A stretch of 64,000 nucleotides of DNA from a virus (IMGVR_UViG_3300026549_000071:10253-74252); one strand, 5' to 3'; positions 49,108 through 59,939 are shown, counted from the first letter of the stretch. Made by a program: numbers and translations. The notes: generated by a model not told the origin, from the sequence alone.

Positions 49108-51030
49108 TTATACTTTTTGTAATTTCGGTTGTGGAGTTTTACTTGGAAGCATCTTCTGCTGAGCAAGAATCTTCGCTTTCTGTATAGAAAGACTATCGGA
49201 TTGCTTAATGACTTTATAGGATGGTACATTCACACCCTTGAGATTCCCAAGGCTATCGTAGTTATAGTTATTATTCTTTGGAATATTCTTAATACTACTA
49301 GATGCACCACCAGTGACATCAACCGTAGGAGAACTTAATGACTTTACTTTTGGTTGTGGTGTTGATGGTTTGAATCCGGAGCTATCGGTACCATTTGATC
49401 CAAGAGCACCGTCGCGAGATCCACCTGCTGCATTTGCTGTAACACTCTTATTTGTATCACTATTGACTGATGCATTACTCATCGTTTGCATATTCGTTGC
49501 AGATGCATCTTTTTTACTGGAAGCCGTATCTGTAGAAGCTTTCTCTTTGGAAGATGTATCTCCTCCAGAAGAAGCCTTAAATGCAAGAACATGCGTTCCC
49601 GTAATTTCCCAGTCATCACTCTTCTTACTAAGAATCACCTGAGAATTTTTCAAACGATAGAAACCGTTATTGGCTTGCATCTTCTCGTTATCAAATGTAA
49701 ATACAAACTCTTTATTCGGGGTGAATGCATCATCATCATAGTCATAACAGCGTAATGTTGCCTGCTTACTCGATTCAACGACATCACTCATCAGCGTTGA
49801 CTTATTATACTCATTGGAGTACGAATCTTCTACGATCCGTGCATTACCATTACCATTTTGAGTACCAGCACCTTCAACAGCAACACTCTCATTCTTATTT
49901 GGATCTACGATGGTAATGTTATTACCTTCCAATGCATCTCCCGTATTACTAGGTGCAGTAAAGTCAACCTGATCTCCTTCTACTTTGATATAGTAGAATT
50001 TATTCTTGGTATCAATCATCGTACCAACCGAATGTTTATCTGCTCTGTCGGACTTTGGCACTTTGATAATCGTTCGTGTATATTCTCCCTTTTCTTTTGC
50101 GTCACATACACCATTTTTACTCAAGAAGTATAAGCAACGAAAATCGAGGAAGACACAAGAGCCTGTGTAATATGTACCATAGACCTTATCCATATATGCA
50201 GGTACATTCATCAAGTTCATTGGCTTTAAACGAATCTCACTATATTTCTTATTATTATCCATTGGGCTGATCAGAATCTTTTTAATTCCATCAATCTTAC
50301 TATAGATATTCGTGATTGCATTTGCTACGGTGCAATCCTTAAAAATTCCATTGACAGGTTTACGCATGGCATCAATATGATCTTGATTCCATAAGGCAAT
50401 GAAATACTCCGTTGTATAATCCTGAGGATTAAATACGTATTTATCGTTCTTTCCATCTCCCCCTTGTGCTTTATTTGCATTCTCATAGTTCTCTTCATCT
50501 TTCTGATCGGATTCGTCATCCATAATCACAGAGAAGCTATCATTAATAAAGTCTTTTGCTCGTACTTTATCTCCAGATTTTGTATATTGCACTTTCTGGA
50601 TATGAAGTCGAATCTTTGCAGAGTCTTTATTATTCTTGAGAAGTGTATGAGCCTTTGGTGGAAGTGTAGTAAGAATCTCCAAAATTGGATGGATATTCTT
50701 ATCATAGTCTCGCGTGATATTTACTTTTTCAATGGCCCCAGGAAGTAGATTCACTGGATCTTGACCTTCAATGAGAATTTGATACGTACGGATACTGTAA
50801 CGGTATAAGTAATTTTGGTATTTTTGTTTTCCTGCTCCACCGCCAATGGCAGAAAGCATTCCTCCTAGACTACCAAGATCAAACTTTCCTGCACTTAATC
50901 CGCCTTTCATATTACCAAGGATTCCACTGAGTAAGGCTCCTGAATTTCCTCCGAAACCACCAACGGAACCAATCTTCGATGTTAATCCTGCTAATGCACC
51001 AGCAGATAATCCTTTTGGTGAAACCCCCAT
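49108..51030 (-). CDS. Probable baseplate hub / tail-associated structural protein
   Basis: GGAGGTG RBS; Gly-rich N-terminus, hub-like middle (FTPNKEF.F.F...NG.YRL), Ser/Thr-rich tail. Function inferred. Confidence 0.45.
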   Translation of the reverse strand: MGVSPKGLSAGALAGLTSKIGSVGGFGGNSGALLSGILGNMKGGLSAGKFDLGSLGGMLSAIGGGAGKQKYQNYLYRYSIRTYQILIEGQDPVNLLPGAIEKVNITRDYDKNIHPILEILTTLPPKAHTLLKNNKDSAKIRLHIQKVQYTKSGDKVRAKDFINDSFSVIMDDESDQKDEENYENANKAQGGDGKNDKYVFNPQDYTTEYFIALWNQDHIDAMRKPVNGIFKDCTVANAITNIYSKIDGIKKILISPMDNNKKYSEIRLKPMNLMNVPAYMDKVYGTYYTGSCVFLDFRCLYFLSKNGVCDAKEKGEYTRTIIKVPKSDRADKHSVGTMIDTKNKFYYIKVEGDQVDFTAPSNTGDALEGNNITIVDPNKNESVAVEGAGTQNGNGNARIVEDSYSNEYNKSTLMSDVVESSKQATLRCYDYDDDAFTPNKEFVFTFDNEKMQANNGFYRLKNSQVILSKKSDDWEITGTHVLAFKASSGGDTSSKEKASTDTASSKKDASATNMQTMSNASVNSDTNKSVTANAAGGSRDGALGSNGTDSSGFKPSTPQPKVKSLSSPTVDVTGGASSSIKNIPKNNNYNYDSLGNLKGVNVPSYKVIKQSDSLSIQKAKILAQQKMLPSKTPQPKLQKV

Positions 51031-51106
51031 ATATTCTTCACCTCCATAAAATGATAAAAAAGAAAATACCGAATGCAATATCGGTATTTTCTTTTTTTCT
51101 TCGGCT

Positions 51107-51406
51107 TTAAAGTATTGTACAGAGCACTTGAATTAACGCATAGAAAGATGCAATAAAACCGGTTCCAATCAATGCTAATAAGCCAATCAATCCAATGAAT
51201 GGATGATTTTTGAATACTTCCAACTTAACTAATCCAATGAGTCCTACAATCAATCCACAGAAGAGAATCATCAATTCTGTTTCATAGGCAAACAATGGAG
51301 AATTAATGGAAACAAATACACATGCAATGCAAATAACTAAGCAAATGCACATAAAACGAACACCATGTTCATCCGTCATACAAATCACCAAGTTCCTTAC
51401 TGTCAT
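51107..51406 (-). CDS. Three-TM membrane protein, 99 aa
   Basis: Three hydrophobic segments. Confidence 0.7.
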   Translation of the reverse strand: MTVRNLVICMTDEHGVRFMCICLVICIACVFVSINSPLFAYETELMILFCGLIVGLIGLVKLEVFKNHPFIGLIGLLALIGTGFIASFYALIQVLCTIL

Positions 51407-52556
51407 GATTCCGATTATACTGATTCAGCTCCATCAGCTTTAATGGGAAATCACCAAAGTACCGTTCATTCAAATCAACCAATGCATTGATATCTGTCTT
51501 ATTGGTCAACTGATGAAATGTCTTCTTAAACTGTGTCTTGCTGATTTGTTTGTACTGCGTCTCATAATCCATGACTTTATAGTTTCCCATAATCGCAGAA
51601 GCGACTCCCTCTTTCGTCAGGATATGAAACGATTCATTATTCAGTACATGCAGCAAGTTCTGTATATTCATGGTATCTGGATCTTCATCAAAGATGTACC
51701 CAGCATCATACAACTTCATCAAATTCTTATAGATCGTTCGATATCCTAGCTTTGCAACCTTTGGAATCGAACGCTTCTTATCTCCACAGCACGCAAGAAT
51801 GAAGGGAAATAATCTTGGATGAATCTTTGCTGGAGGTTCATATTCATTTCCTAAACGAAATGATGCAAATGGAATTAGATTTCTCTTGGTAAGAACCATC
51901 GGTTGCATTGCATATTTCGTAATGATCATGAAGTTATAGTTACAGTAATTGAAATCGTATGGATCATTTGTTACAATCACATTCATATTCGTAGGAAGTT
52001 CTCCTTGCATATGAATCATAAATGGAACCATAGATGATTCTACATGGGTTACTGAAACCATATAGACATCTTCCAGATAATCACAGATAATCTTCATAAT
52101 CGGAATACTATCCATAACCATATTATTGATTGCCCAGCGATCCATACGATGAAGGGAATTAAACCAGTGCATCCGGTAATCTGGATTTAATCCGCTATTA
52201 TTATACTTCGTAAAGTCATCCGTAATCTCATTGTAATAGAATACAATATTCGTACGGATTTGATGACGTTTGAAGTATTCACGATAATGAGCAGCTACAT
52301 TAATCATAGCGGATACACAATGACGGTATGCTGCTTTCAATTCTTTCTTGGATAAGGACTCAAACGCATCCTCATAGTTTGGTTTTCGAAATAGATTATA
52401 CAACGATTCCAAACTAATGTAAAGATTTGCTGTATCAATCTTCGTTGTACTAGATTTGGAATTCTTATTCAGCTCATCTAATCGAGCGCCGAATAATCGT
52501 TCCATATCCATATATCGAACCATTAATCCGCAAACCTTGCTGTCTAATAGTTCCAT
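51369..52556 (-). CDS. 5'-3' exonuclease / flap endonuclease (RNase H-like role)
   Basis: LYISLES N-terminus, VESS, VTND..D, and H3TH-like CGDKKRSIPKVAKLGYRT. Confidence 0.65.
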   Translation of the reverse strand: MELLDSKVCGLMVRYMDMERLFGARLDELNKNSKSSTTKIDTANLYISLESLYNLFRKPNYEDAFESLSKKELKAAYRHCVSAMINVAAHYREYFKRHQIRTNIVFYYNEITDDFTKYNNSGLNPDYRMHWFNSLHRMDRWAINNMVMDSIPIMKIICDYLEDVYMVSVTHVESSMVPFMIHMQGELPTNMNVIVTNDPYDFNYCNYNFMIITKYAMQPMVLTKRNLIPFASFRLGNEYEPPAKIHPRLFPFILACCGDKKRSIPKVAKLGYRTIYKNLMKLYDAGYIFDEDPDTMNIQNLLHVLNNESFHILTKEGVASAIMGNYKVMDYETQYKQISKTQFKKTFHQLTNKTDINALVDLNERYFGDFPLKLMELNQYNRNHDSKELGDLYDG

Positions 52557-52557
52557 A

Positions 52558-52917
52558 CTATAAGACCACCTTATTCTTTTTCATCTTGTTTTCCATGGAT
52601 GTAATTCCATACATCTTCTTTCGACGTTCTACTTCATTCTCTAAACATTCCGTTGTTCCATAGCCATGCGATACAAGTGTATCGACCATGGTATCTGTTT
52701 CGGAATCTTCCAGGGAAATACCCTTACCGATAACCGTAGAACCATCATCCTTGAAGTTCATGTGACGAATATCCACTCTGGCAACACTATCTTCATAAGA
52801 ACATCTCATGAGATATTTTCCCCAGTTGGATTTTGCATCTTCTTTCTTCTTGGATAAGCAACACATAACTTCTTCGATATTATATCTTGAGTAATCTTTT
52901 TCTTTATTCTTTCTCAT
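52558..52917 (-). CDS. PC4/YdbC-like ssDNA-binding protein
   Basis: WGKYLMRCSY...VDIRHM......GKGISL signature. Confidence 0.7.
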   Translation of the reverse strand: MRKNKEKDYSRYNIEEVMCCLSKKKEDAKSNWGKYLMRCSYEDSVARVDIRHMNFKDDGSTVIGKGISLEDSETDTMVDTLVSHGYGTTECLENEVERRKKMYGITSMENKMKKNKVVL

Positions 52918-53028
52918 TTTACTATCTTCCCTTTCGTAAGTAATAAAAAAAGTATCATGGCGAATCGAATCTTCCAAATTCACCATGATACCTTCTTATA
53001 TCACAATCTCATTTCTGAGATTCTTTTC

Positions 53029-53694
53029 TTAGCGATAGAGCTCGTCGAGAATATCGCCATGATTCGACTTGAAGTTATCGTTCTTATACATGCAAAGAAC
53101 GTTCAAGACGAAGCTGCGATTATTCTTCGGAACTTTCCAGTTCAGGATGTCGATGACCGGCTTACGCTGCATCTCATCCGTCGAAAAGACGTACTCAAGC
53201 ACCTTATAGACATCGAGTTCGCAAGTCATGAGGTGTTTCTTTGCCTGATGCCAGCGAACCTCGTTCTTCTTCGTAAGAAGTGCAAATGGCTGAATCGTCT
53301 TATTGACATCATCTGCGACCATCATATCGACCTGATCGCCCTGCGCTTCATCCAGACCACGCTGAATCGCACGCATGATACGAGCACGAGTATCGTTACC
53401 CTTGAATTGGTTACGATTCTTGTTTGCACGTACGATGCAAGACATCTTCAGAGGAATCACATTCTTGTGATTGATGCGAACCTCACGCTCTGCCTGCGCA
53501 TTCCAGATTGCACGTACATAGATCCCACGCTGCGCAGGATCCATCTTATTTGCACGGAAGTAATCGAGAATTGCTTTCTCGATCTGCTGATTGTTTACGG
53601 TGAACACAACTCCGCGCGGTTGCATCCCCATGCGGTTCTGGATCAACTGAAGAGTTGCTTCCATTGCCTGATCTTGATTGTTGATCGTAGCCAT
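53029..53694 (-). CDS. Hypothetical early protein, 221 aa
   Basis: AAAGGAGG RBS; early promoter 53827-53836 with a long 5' hairpin leader. Confidence 0.8.
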   Translation of the reverse strand: MATINNQDQAMEATLQLIQNRMGMQPRGVVFTVNNQQIEKAILDYFRANKMDPAQRGIYVRAIWNAQAEREVRINHKNVIPLKMSCIVRANKNRNQFKGNDTRARIMRAIQRGLDEAQGDQVDMMVADDVNKTIQPFALLTKKNEVRWHQAKKHLMTCELDVYKVLEYVFSTDEMQRKPVIDILNWKVPKNNRSFVLNVLCMYKNDNFKSNHGDILDELYR

Positions 53695-53862
53695 TTTGGC
53701 TACCTCCTTTCTTTATAAGCGGCTAAGCGCTTCGGAAGAATAAATCTTCCTACCAAATTGATATATAAGTAAGACCAACATCATCTTACTTTTCATAAGA
53801 TGATGTTGGTTCACTTATTCATTATTATAATATATATTCTAACGGGATTTTGAAAATATACA

Positions 53863-54921
53863 TTATAACACATTGAGCATTTCACTCATATGAGTAGAAA
53901 CTGCTTTTGCCCAACGTTGATCAGATGCATAGATAGCACCAATCGAATATGGATCGGTTCTACCATTGGCAAAGTATTCGTTACGAATCAATCGTGCGAA
54001 ATACTCAATGCACTGACCTTTGGAAGAGAAACTGGAAGCCGCATTTACATTCGTATCGAATGCACAAATGCCGAATAAGTTATTTCTCGTACGAGATAAG
54101 TAACTTTTACCCCATCCAGATTCCTGTGCTGCTACCGAAAGGATAAACAGCGAATTGACACCGTAGTCTTCCTCTGCTTTGACACAAGCAGATTCCACGC
54201 CTTCTAATTCGGTGCCTCGCGTGATCTTTAACAGATCTTCTTCTGTGAGATTTGTACGTGTGGAAATATCCATCGTGTAATTCTTCTCAGCAGAAATCAT
54301 ATGTCGATCGTTTCCAAGACCGACGAACTTCATTTTTACCTTTGGAAGAATTTTAATATTGGCTTCCTTTTGATTGATATAAAGGCTAATATTATCTTCC
54401 GTTTTCACTTTCAAGAATTTTCCATTGTAGACTTGAAAGTCATCCGAATAAATTTTATCCGGACGTTTGAATGTAGACGAGCAGATCATCTTCTCGTCTG
54501 GTCCCATATACATTTTGATTGGTTCGTTATTGAACGATCCATCAATCTGCAATTCGAAATTTTGAAGCAAACTTTCTGGAACCTCAATTGCTTGCTCAAT
54601 ACCAGATGTACGATTGGACGATGCATCTGGAACAGAACCAGAATCCTTTTCTGAAACGAAGTATTCTCCTGGTTCGATCTTCTGAACACTGTTAGCATGA
54701 CTCAATATAATTGGATTATTATGAGCATCGTTATAATATACAGTGATAGAAGACTCCTCTGGATGATTGAGCTTTTGCATATCAACATCTAATTCCTTCG
54801 ATTCTGCTAATGCTCCATACTCCACCGAGGAATCCACAACATCTCTGACGTTGGTCATAGGGGCTGTGAATGCAACACTTGTAATTGCTGCAGCTACTGC
54901 GGCAAATTTCAAAATATTCAT
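53863..54921 (-). CDS. Signal-peptide-bearing GH73 N-acetylglucosaminidase
   Basis: MNILKFAAVAAAITSVAFTA signal-like N-terminus; YGVNSLFILSVAAQESGWG...NNLFGI...YASD..W catalytic domain. Confidence 0.85.
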   Translation of the reverse strand: MNILKFAAVAAAITSVAFTAPMTNVRDVVDSSVEYGALAESKELDVDMQKLNHPEESSITVYYNDAHNNPIILSHANSVQKIEPGEYFVSEKDSGSVPDASSNRTSGIEQAIEVPESLLQNFELQIDGSFNNEPIKMYMGPDEKMICSSTFKRPDKIYSDDFQVYNGKFLKVKTEDNISLYINQKEANIKILPKVKMKFVGLGNDRHMISAEKNYTMDISTRTNLTEEDLLKITRGTELEGVESACVKAEEDYGVNSLFILSVAAQESGWGKSYLSRTRNNLFGICAFDTNVNAASSFSSKGQCIEYFARLIRNEYFANGRTDPYSIGAIYASDQRWAKAVSTHMSEMLNVL

Positions 54922-54997
54922 TTGTTGCTGCCTGCCTTTCTTTAGTATCGTCTTTGATCTTTTTCTATTCCTGATATGTTTACGACAACTCAATTTT

Positions 54998-55315
54998 TTA
55001 TTCACTCCAATCAATCAAAAGGTCAATAGTATCGTCATCTTGGATAATCTTCGTCTTATACCCAAGATTCTGAAGCTCCTCTACGATCGTTTTCCGAGTT
55101 ACTTCAGATGCTAACCATCCTGCATTTTCCAACGAGCTAAAACGATCGTTCTTCCGATAATGGAAAGTGACCAATAACGAATCCTGACTATGGAAACGAA
55201 TCGCTCGTTTAATTCTTCCCTCTAAGTAATAGAGGATTCTTGTTTTCAAATCAGCTCCTGTAAATTCTCCTTTCTCTAATTTTCTTGCTTCTTCTGCTGT
55301 AATCATATGCATCAT
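54998..55315 (-). CDS. Hypothetical early protein (MMHMITAEEARK...), 105 aa
   Basis: AAAGGAG RBS; early promoter 55356-55365. Confidence 0.8.
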   Translation of the reverse strand: MMHMITAEEARKLEKGEFTGADLKTRILYYLEGRIKRAIRFHSQDSLLVTFHYRKNDRFSSLENAGWLASEVTRKTIVEELQNLGYKTKIIQDDDTIDLLIDWSE

Positions 55316-55488
55316 ATCATACTCCTTTACAATACTGAAAAACTGATACGATTTTATAATATATATTTCAAAGAGATATTGAAAACACCATATGCGATTT
55401 GCACAGAATCGCATATGGTGTTTCACTAGAGGGCCGACCCGAAAAATATTGCCATTCGTTCTCGGGTTAGTAATTTGTATACTAGAAT

Positions 55489-55914
55489 TTAAAAATCTGC
55501 ATAGACATCGAAACGGGCTTCATCACTACGAAGTTTCATACCCCAAAGGATCATACCAAGAATTCCCAGAAGGAATGTGCAAACGAAGCCAGTTGCATAT
55601 GGATGACGAAGGAATACCGAGTATGCCTGACGACGTTTCTTTTCCAGGATGACATCTACTTTATAATCAAGGCGTTGAAGTTCTTCTTTGCTCATGTTGG
55701 AAGTACGTTTCTTGTACTCTGAGCTATGATGGAACTTCGTGATCGTCTTCTTCTTAATCTTTTCCCACTCGAATTTCTTTTTGGGTTTGGAAGCTTCCTC
55801 TGCCCAATCCAAAGTTGCATCCATCGGATCTAATGCTTCTTCCAAAGCAAACGTTTGATCTTCGAATGCATCGAAGGATTCAAGCAGTTCTTCTGCATAT
55901 GTATTTTCATCCAT
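55489..55914 (-). CDS. Protein with C-terminal TM segment, 141 aa
   Basis: GGGGA RBS; ALEE/AFED acidic N-terminus, TM near the C-terminus. Confidence 0.7.
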   Translation of the reverse strand: MDENTYAEELLESFDAFEDQTFALEEALDPMDATLDWAEEASKPKKKFEWEKIKKKTITKFHHSSEYKKRTSNMSKEELQRLDYKVDVILEKKRRQAYSVFLRHPYATGFVCTFLLGILGMILWGMKLRSDEARFDVYADF

Positions 55915-56177
55915 TGTGTAATTCCCCCATATTAATAGTCTGCTGTTACATCGAACATAAGCTCATCACGATCAATCTGAGCACCTGCTGCAAGTCCAGC
56001 AACAAGTGTACTTAATAATCAAGAGATGCTTCTATGGTACCCATATATGATTCAATTGCAAAGCAATCGTCCCAACAATGCTCATTTATATCTTGCATAT
56101 AAAATCCTTCTTTTTATACCAATGTCGCGTAGAGACGTTTTAAGAAGAGTAGTAAGAAATACTTACTACTCTTCTTA

Positions 56178-58109
56178 TTATCCAATCATAATCATTCGAA
56201 ACAGTTTTGCTGCATTCTTAATATCATCTGCTTTGATGGTATAAACGTTTTTATTCTCTTTGGAATTTTCATAATACTTCATGAAGTCAAAGTTCTTTTC
56301 GTGCTGCATTACGATACGAAGATATTGTTTGAAATCACTCATATACAAAGCACGAAGACGAACCATTTCCAAATACTTTGGATCTGATTTACTATAGTTT
56401 GCTTCTTTACCAGTATAGAGAGATTCAATCGTTGCAATCAAGGTAAAGATGTAAGCAAGATTGGATTTCATTGCTTCATACCGTTTCTCTCTTGCAGCTT
56501 CCTTCAAGATTTTATGGGTTTGCTCATAATGATCAAACGTTAATTGATCTTGAAGGGTAAACCGAATATCTCCATTGGAGCCAAGATGAATTCCACGAAG
56601 GAAATTCGTTACCTTATGGAGATACGGTTTAAAATGGATTCCTTCCGTTGCAAAATCCCAATTATCTCCAGAGTCATCTTTTTGGCATAGTTTCCAAACG
56701 AATACTTCGGAAGAATACCTTTTTAGTTGTGTATAATCTTCTTTGAGAAGTTTAATTTTTTTCGTGGCTGGAGATGTATCCAAGAATAAGTCATTTCCAA
56801 CGTCTCCCTGCTCAATATAAGCATATACAACACCACACAGATATTTTCCATTTTCGCTATATCCAATCATAGCTCGCATGAGTGAATTCCCCATGATAAT
56901 AAAACTAACCTTAGAAATTTCTTCAGGACACCAATACCCGTCAATTTTATTTCTCTTGTATAATGCACTTAAAAACAATGCTAACTCCATATTTGATAAT
57001 CTATGTGGCTCAATTTTATTATCATAACAAGATGTGATATAATCAATATCTGGAAGAATATCAATTTCTAAAATGAAATTTCGTACAACCGGCATTAACT
57101 TCTCTGGAAATCCTTGAGCAGACTTAAGTCTTGGGCATTTATCATGATGATTTTTAATTTCCAATGGATAATTGAATCCGAATGATAATCCACTCAACCG
57201 ATTAATCGGTTTATCTCTCCATAACTTATCAATGCTATGAAGAATCGAAAGAAAAAGATCTTCATTTTGACGGTAAATCATTGCAAGATGAGCAATGAGA
57301 TCATGTTTATCTTTCACTGCATATAGCATATGGATGATCTCGTGTGACTTTTCTTTTTCATCTTTTTCTGAATTTGCAATTACTCGTTGAATGCATTCAG
57401 CAAGATTGCACTGCATCATCTTAATATTATATGCAAATATTCCATAATGCTGACCTTTCGGAGTAGGACTTGTCATATATGCTTTCACATCAGAAAGTTC
57501 TTTTTCCCGAATAACGTCACGGATAAGTTGATCTAGATCATATTCTGAAATTTCTCTCAAAACATTTTGAGAACTGATATGGATTTTACTGTATCGTGGT
57601 TCGAATCCATCTACCGGAATATTCGAACGAGTATATCCAAAGGATTCTGTCATAGTTTCCAGATTATCATCATCTGAAAATCCAAGATCATATTTTCCTT
57701 TTAATACTTCTAGCATCTTTTGTTTTGCTTCTTGATTCTCCCCAGATGTAGGATCAAATCGTAATACCGTTGATTGATCGATTCCTCCGACAATGGGAGA
57801 AAGTGTACCAATATTACTAGCATCGGTAATGATGCATACATGATCTTCTTTCGTTGCTTTTACATCTGGAGAAATATATCGCATGAATGGACCATCGCAC
57901 AAAAGTTTCATATTGAGTTCTTTTGCACGACGGTTGATATTTTTCGCAAGTTCTTTCTTCTTCCCATCTGGGCAAGAGCTAAAAAAACGAATTGCACTAC
58001 GAACGTGAGATTCATCCGGCATTGGATACTTACGATCTTCAGGAAGACCATAAAGAGAATCCGGAAGAGATTTACGTTCTTTTGCATTTAATTTTGCCAT
58101 ATCGCTCAT
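56178..58109 (-). CDS. Probable head-associated protein with N-terminal 'KYPMPD..HVRSAIRFF' domain
   Basis: LPDSLYGLPEDRKYPMPDESHVRSAIRFF; MTES and ATEG maturation-like sites; GACA-N6-TA at 58135-58146. Confidence 0.6.
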   Translation of the reverse strand: MSDMAKLNAKERKSLPDSLYGLPEDRKYPMPDESHVRSAIRFFSSCPDGKKKELAKNINRRAKELNMKLLCDGPFMRYISPDVKATKEDHVCIITDASNIGTLSPIVGGIDQSTVLRFDPTSGENQEAKQKMLEVLKGKYDLGFSDDDNLETMTESFGYTRSNIPVDGFEPRYSKIHISSQNVLREISEYDLDQLIRDVIREKELSDVKAYMTSPTPKGQHYGIFAYNIKMMQCNLAECIQRVIANSEKDEKEKSHEIIHMLYAVKDKHDLIAHLAMIYRQNEDLFLSILHSIDKLWRDKPINRLSGLSFGFNYPLEIKNHHDKCPRLKSAQGFPEKLMPVVRNFILEIDILPDIDYITSCYDNKIEPHRLSNMELALFLSALYKRNKIDGYWCPEEISKVSFIIMGNSLMRAMIGYSENGKYLCGVVYAYIEQGDVGNDLFLDTSPATKKIKLLKEDYTQLKRYSSEVFVWKLCQKDDSGDNWDFATEGIHFKPYLHKVTNFLRGIHLGSNGDIRFTLQDQLTFDHYEQTHKILKEAAREKRYEAMKSNLAYIFTLIATIESLYTGKEANYSKSDPKYLEMVRLRALYMSDFKQYLRIVMQHEKNFDFMKYYENSKENKNVYTIKADDIKNAAKLFRMIMIG

Positions 58110-58214
58110 TCATTCCTTTCCTTAGATATTGTATTAGAAGCATGTCGAGGGAAGAAAATGCAATTTTGATTATTTATATTACGCAGAACTATCTATTATA
58201 TCTAATTAGAAAAG

Positions 58215-59384
58215 GTGGGAAATGAACGTATGATTACAAGTCATATGGAAGTTACCAAAGGTGATTGCTGGATGATTCATGACTCTCGTTATAGTAAGAA
58301 AGAGCATATCATTCCGGATTCCAAGGTAAAAGTCATTTGTTTTGATCGACCTTGCATTGTTCTTTCTACAACTGGGGAACTTGCTACGGTCATACCATTA
58401 ACATCAAAAAAGAATCCATGGTATCCCTTGTACCCAGTACAGATTGAAGAGAATCGCATGTCATATGCATTGCTCTCTCAGATTACAACGATGGAGAAAC
58501 GAAAGCTTTCTCTCTTTATTGGTCGTATCAAAGATGATGTATTTGAAGATATTCAGAAGAATCTTTTCCAACAGATGGGAGAAAAGAAATCAGGTAAATC
58601 AGTGGAACGTAAAGTCGCACGATGTTATAATCAACTTGATATTCATCGGTTTTATTCTTTTCATATTTACAAGATGAAGGACTCATTGTATACCTTTATG
58701 GCTGTGCGATACACGTCGAATAAGTTCCTTGAAATTCCTGTCATTCTTCCATGGAACAAACAAAGTTTGAAAAATATTGAACGATATTCTACTGTGTTTT
58801 TTGGCTATTTGAATTATGATAAAACCAAGCCATTAGATTACCAAAAATACAAAGATGATGTATTAGATCTTGGATTTGAGTATCATCGGAGTAAACGAGA
58901 AAGAATTATTGAGAAAGTAAAAGAATATTTCCAAGTAACGGTAAGAGATATTATATATGAAGATCGAAAGCTCAATATGACAAGAGGACTTTCGCATATC
59001 TATGGAGCAAGCTATTTTAAGGGTTATCAATTATATCAAAAGATTCAAGGCTCCACGCATGCACAAACGAAATTCTTATCACAACCTATGGAAGTATTCC
59101 CTGCGAAGAAAGAAGAAGACATTCAAGATCTCTTCTATGATTTCTTTCAACATTTGAATCCATTGATCTGCCCAACGAAATGCTTTGAATACTTAAAGCA
59201 AGAAGATCCAGTCTTACTGGAAAATTACTTAGAGGCGTATGAACAGATATTTATCTTGGAAAATATTCCAGGACTTACGAAAGAGTTTGAAGGGGAGAAA
59301 CTCCATGATAAATACTCCGTAAAAAATTTGAAATGGATGTATAATTACTTCATGGAGAAAAAATACGGGGGTACGAAAGCATGA
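58215..59384 (+). CDS. PemK/MazF-like domain fused to a long unknown C-terminal region
   Basis: KGDCW...RPCIVLS...TVIPLTS...YALLSQITTMEK..L...IG.I in residues ~12-110. Confidence 0.7.
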   Translation: MGNERMITSHMEVTKGDCWMIHDSRYSKKEHIIPDSKVKVICFDRPCIVLSTTGELATVIPLTSKKNPWYPLYPVQIEENRMSYALLSQITTMEKRKLSLFIGRIKDDVFEDIQKNLFQQMGEKKSGKSVERKVARCYNQLDIHRFYSFHIYKMKDSLYTFMAVRYTSNKFLEIPVILPWNKQSLKNIERYSTVFFGYLNYDKTKPLDYQKYKDDVLDLGFEYHRSKRERIIEKVKEYFQVTVRDIIYEDRKLNMTRGLSHIYGASYFKGYQLYQKIQGSTHAQTKFLSQPMEVFPAKKEEDIQDLFYDFFQHLNPLICPTKCFEYLKQEDPVLLENYLEAYEQIFILENIPGLTKEFEGEKLHDKYSVKNLKWMYNYFMEKKYGGTKA

Positions 59385-59533
59385 TCAAATGGGTCTTAAT
59401 GATTTTCATTTTATGTAGTGCATTCATCGCCATTGCTATTTATAGTGCATTTGTCGTTGGAAAGAAATGTGATGAAGCAGAGGCTATTGATGACTTAGAA
59501 GAGCAATGGGAGCAAATTCATAAGAAAAGCTAA
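59381..59533 (+). CDS. 50-aa single-TM protein, not in the ORF track
   Basis: MIKWVLMIFILCSAFIAIAIYSAFVVG...; ATG overlaps the upstream TGA. Confidence 0.65.
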   Translation: MIKWVLMIFILCSAFIAIAIYSAFVVGKKCDEAEAIDDLEEQWEQIHKKS

Positions 59534-59588
59534 AAATATCCGAAAGAGTGTATTATCACTCTTTCGGATTAATATTGTTTAAAAAAAA

Positions 59589-59825
59589 TTACTTTGCTTC
59601 CATTGATTTAATTTTAATTTGTTGAGTTGGTTCTTGGATATCTTTTGATTGTATATCTTTATGAGCCAATTGGTTTTGATACCCACGACCAATATAACCA
59701 AGGAAACCACTAGCAATACTCATAGAAAGTTCATTCATTCCATTGAATACCGCAATGATCAGAGTAATGGATAATGCAACAATAATAAACATCGTAGAGA
59801 TGTCAATCTTTTCGAATTGGAACAT
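59589..59825 (-). CDS. Holin-like small membrane protein
   Basis: Two TM helices, SIASGFLGYIG; AAAGG RBS; near the amidase gene. Confidence 0.55.
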   Translation of the reverse strand: MFQFEKIDISTMFIIVALSITLIIAVFNGMNELSMSIASGFLGYIGRGYQNQLAHKDIQSKDIQEPTQQIKIKSMEAK

Positions 59826-59939
59826 AGATATTCACGACCTTTCTTTATTAAGAAGTTCCAAAAAAAAAACGATTTCCGTATTATGAATTTTACTCTTCTT
59901 TGACAGTCAAATAAAGTAAGGAAAGAAGGTGACTTTATC

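Noticed and set aside
55932-56098. Two short minus-strand frames (MQDINEH...SLDY and ...STLVAGLAAG...TADY) as a programmed frameshift
   Set aside because: No slippery sequence and the second frame lacks a start; could be a decayed gene or sequencing error, but unsupported.
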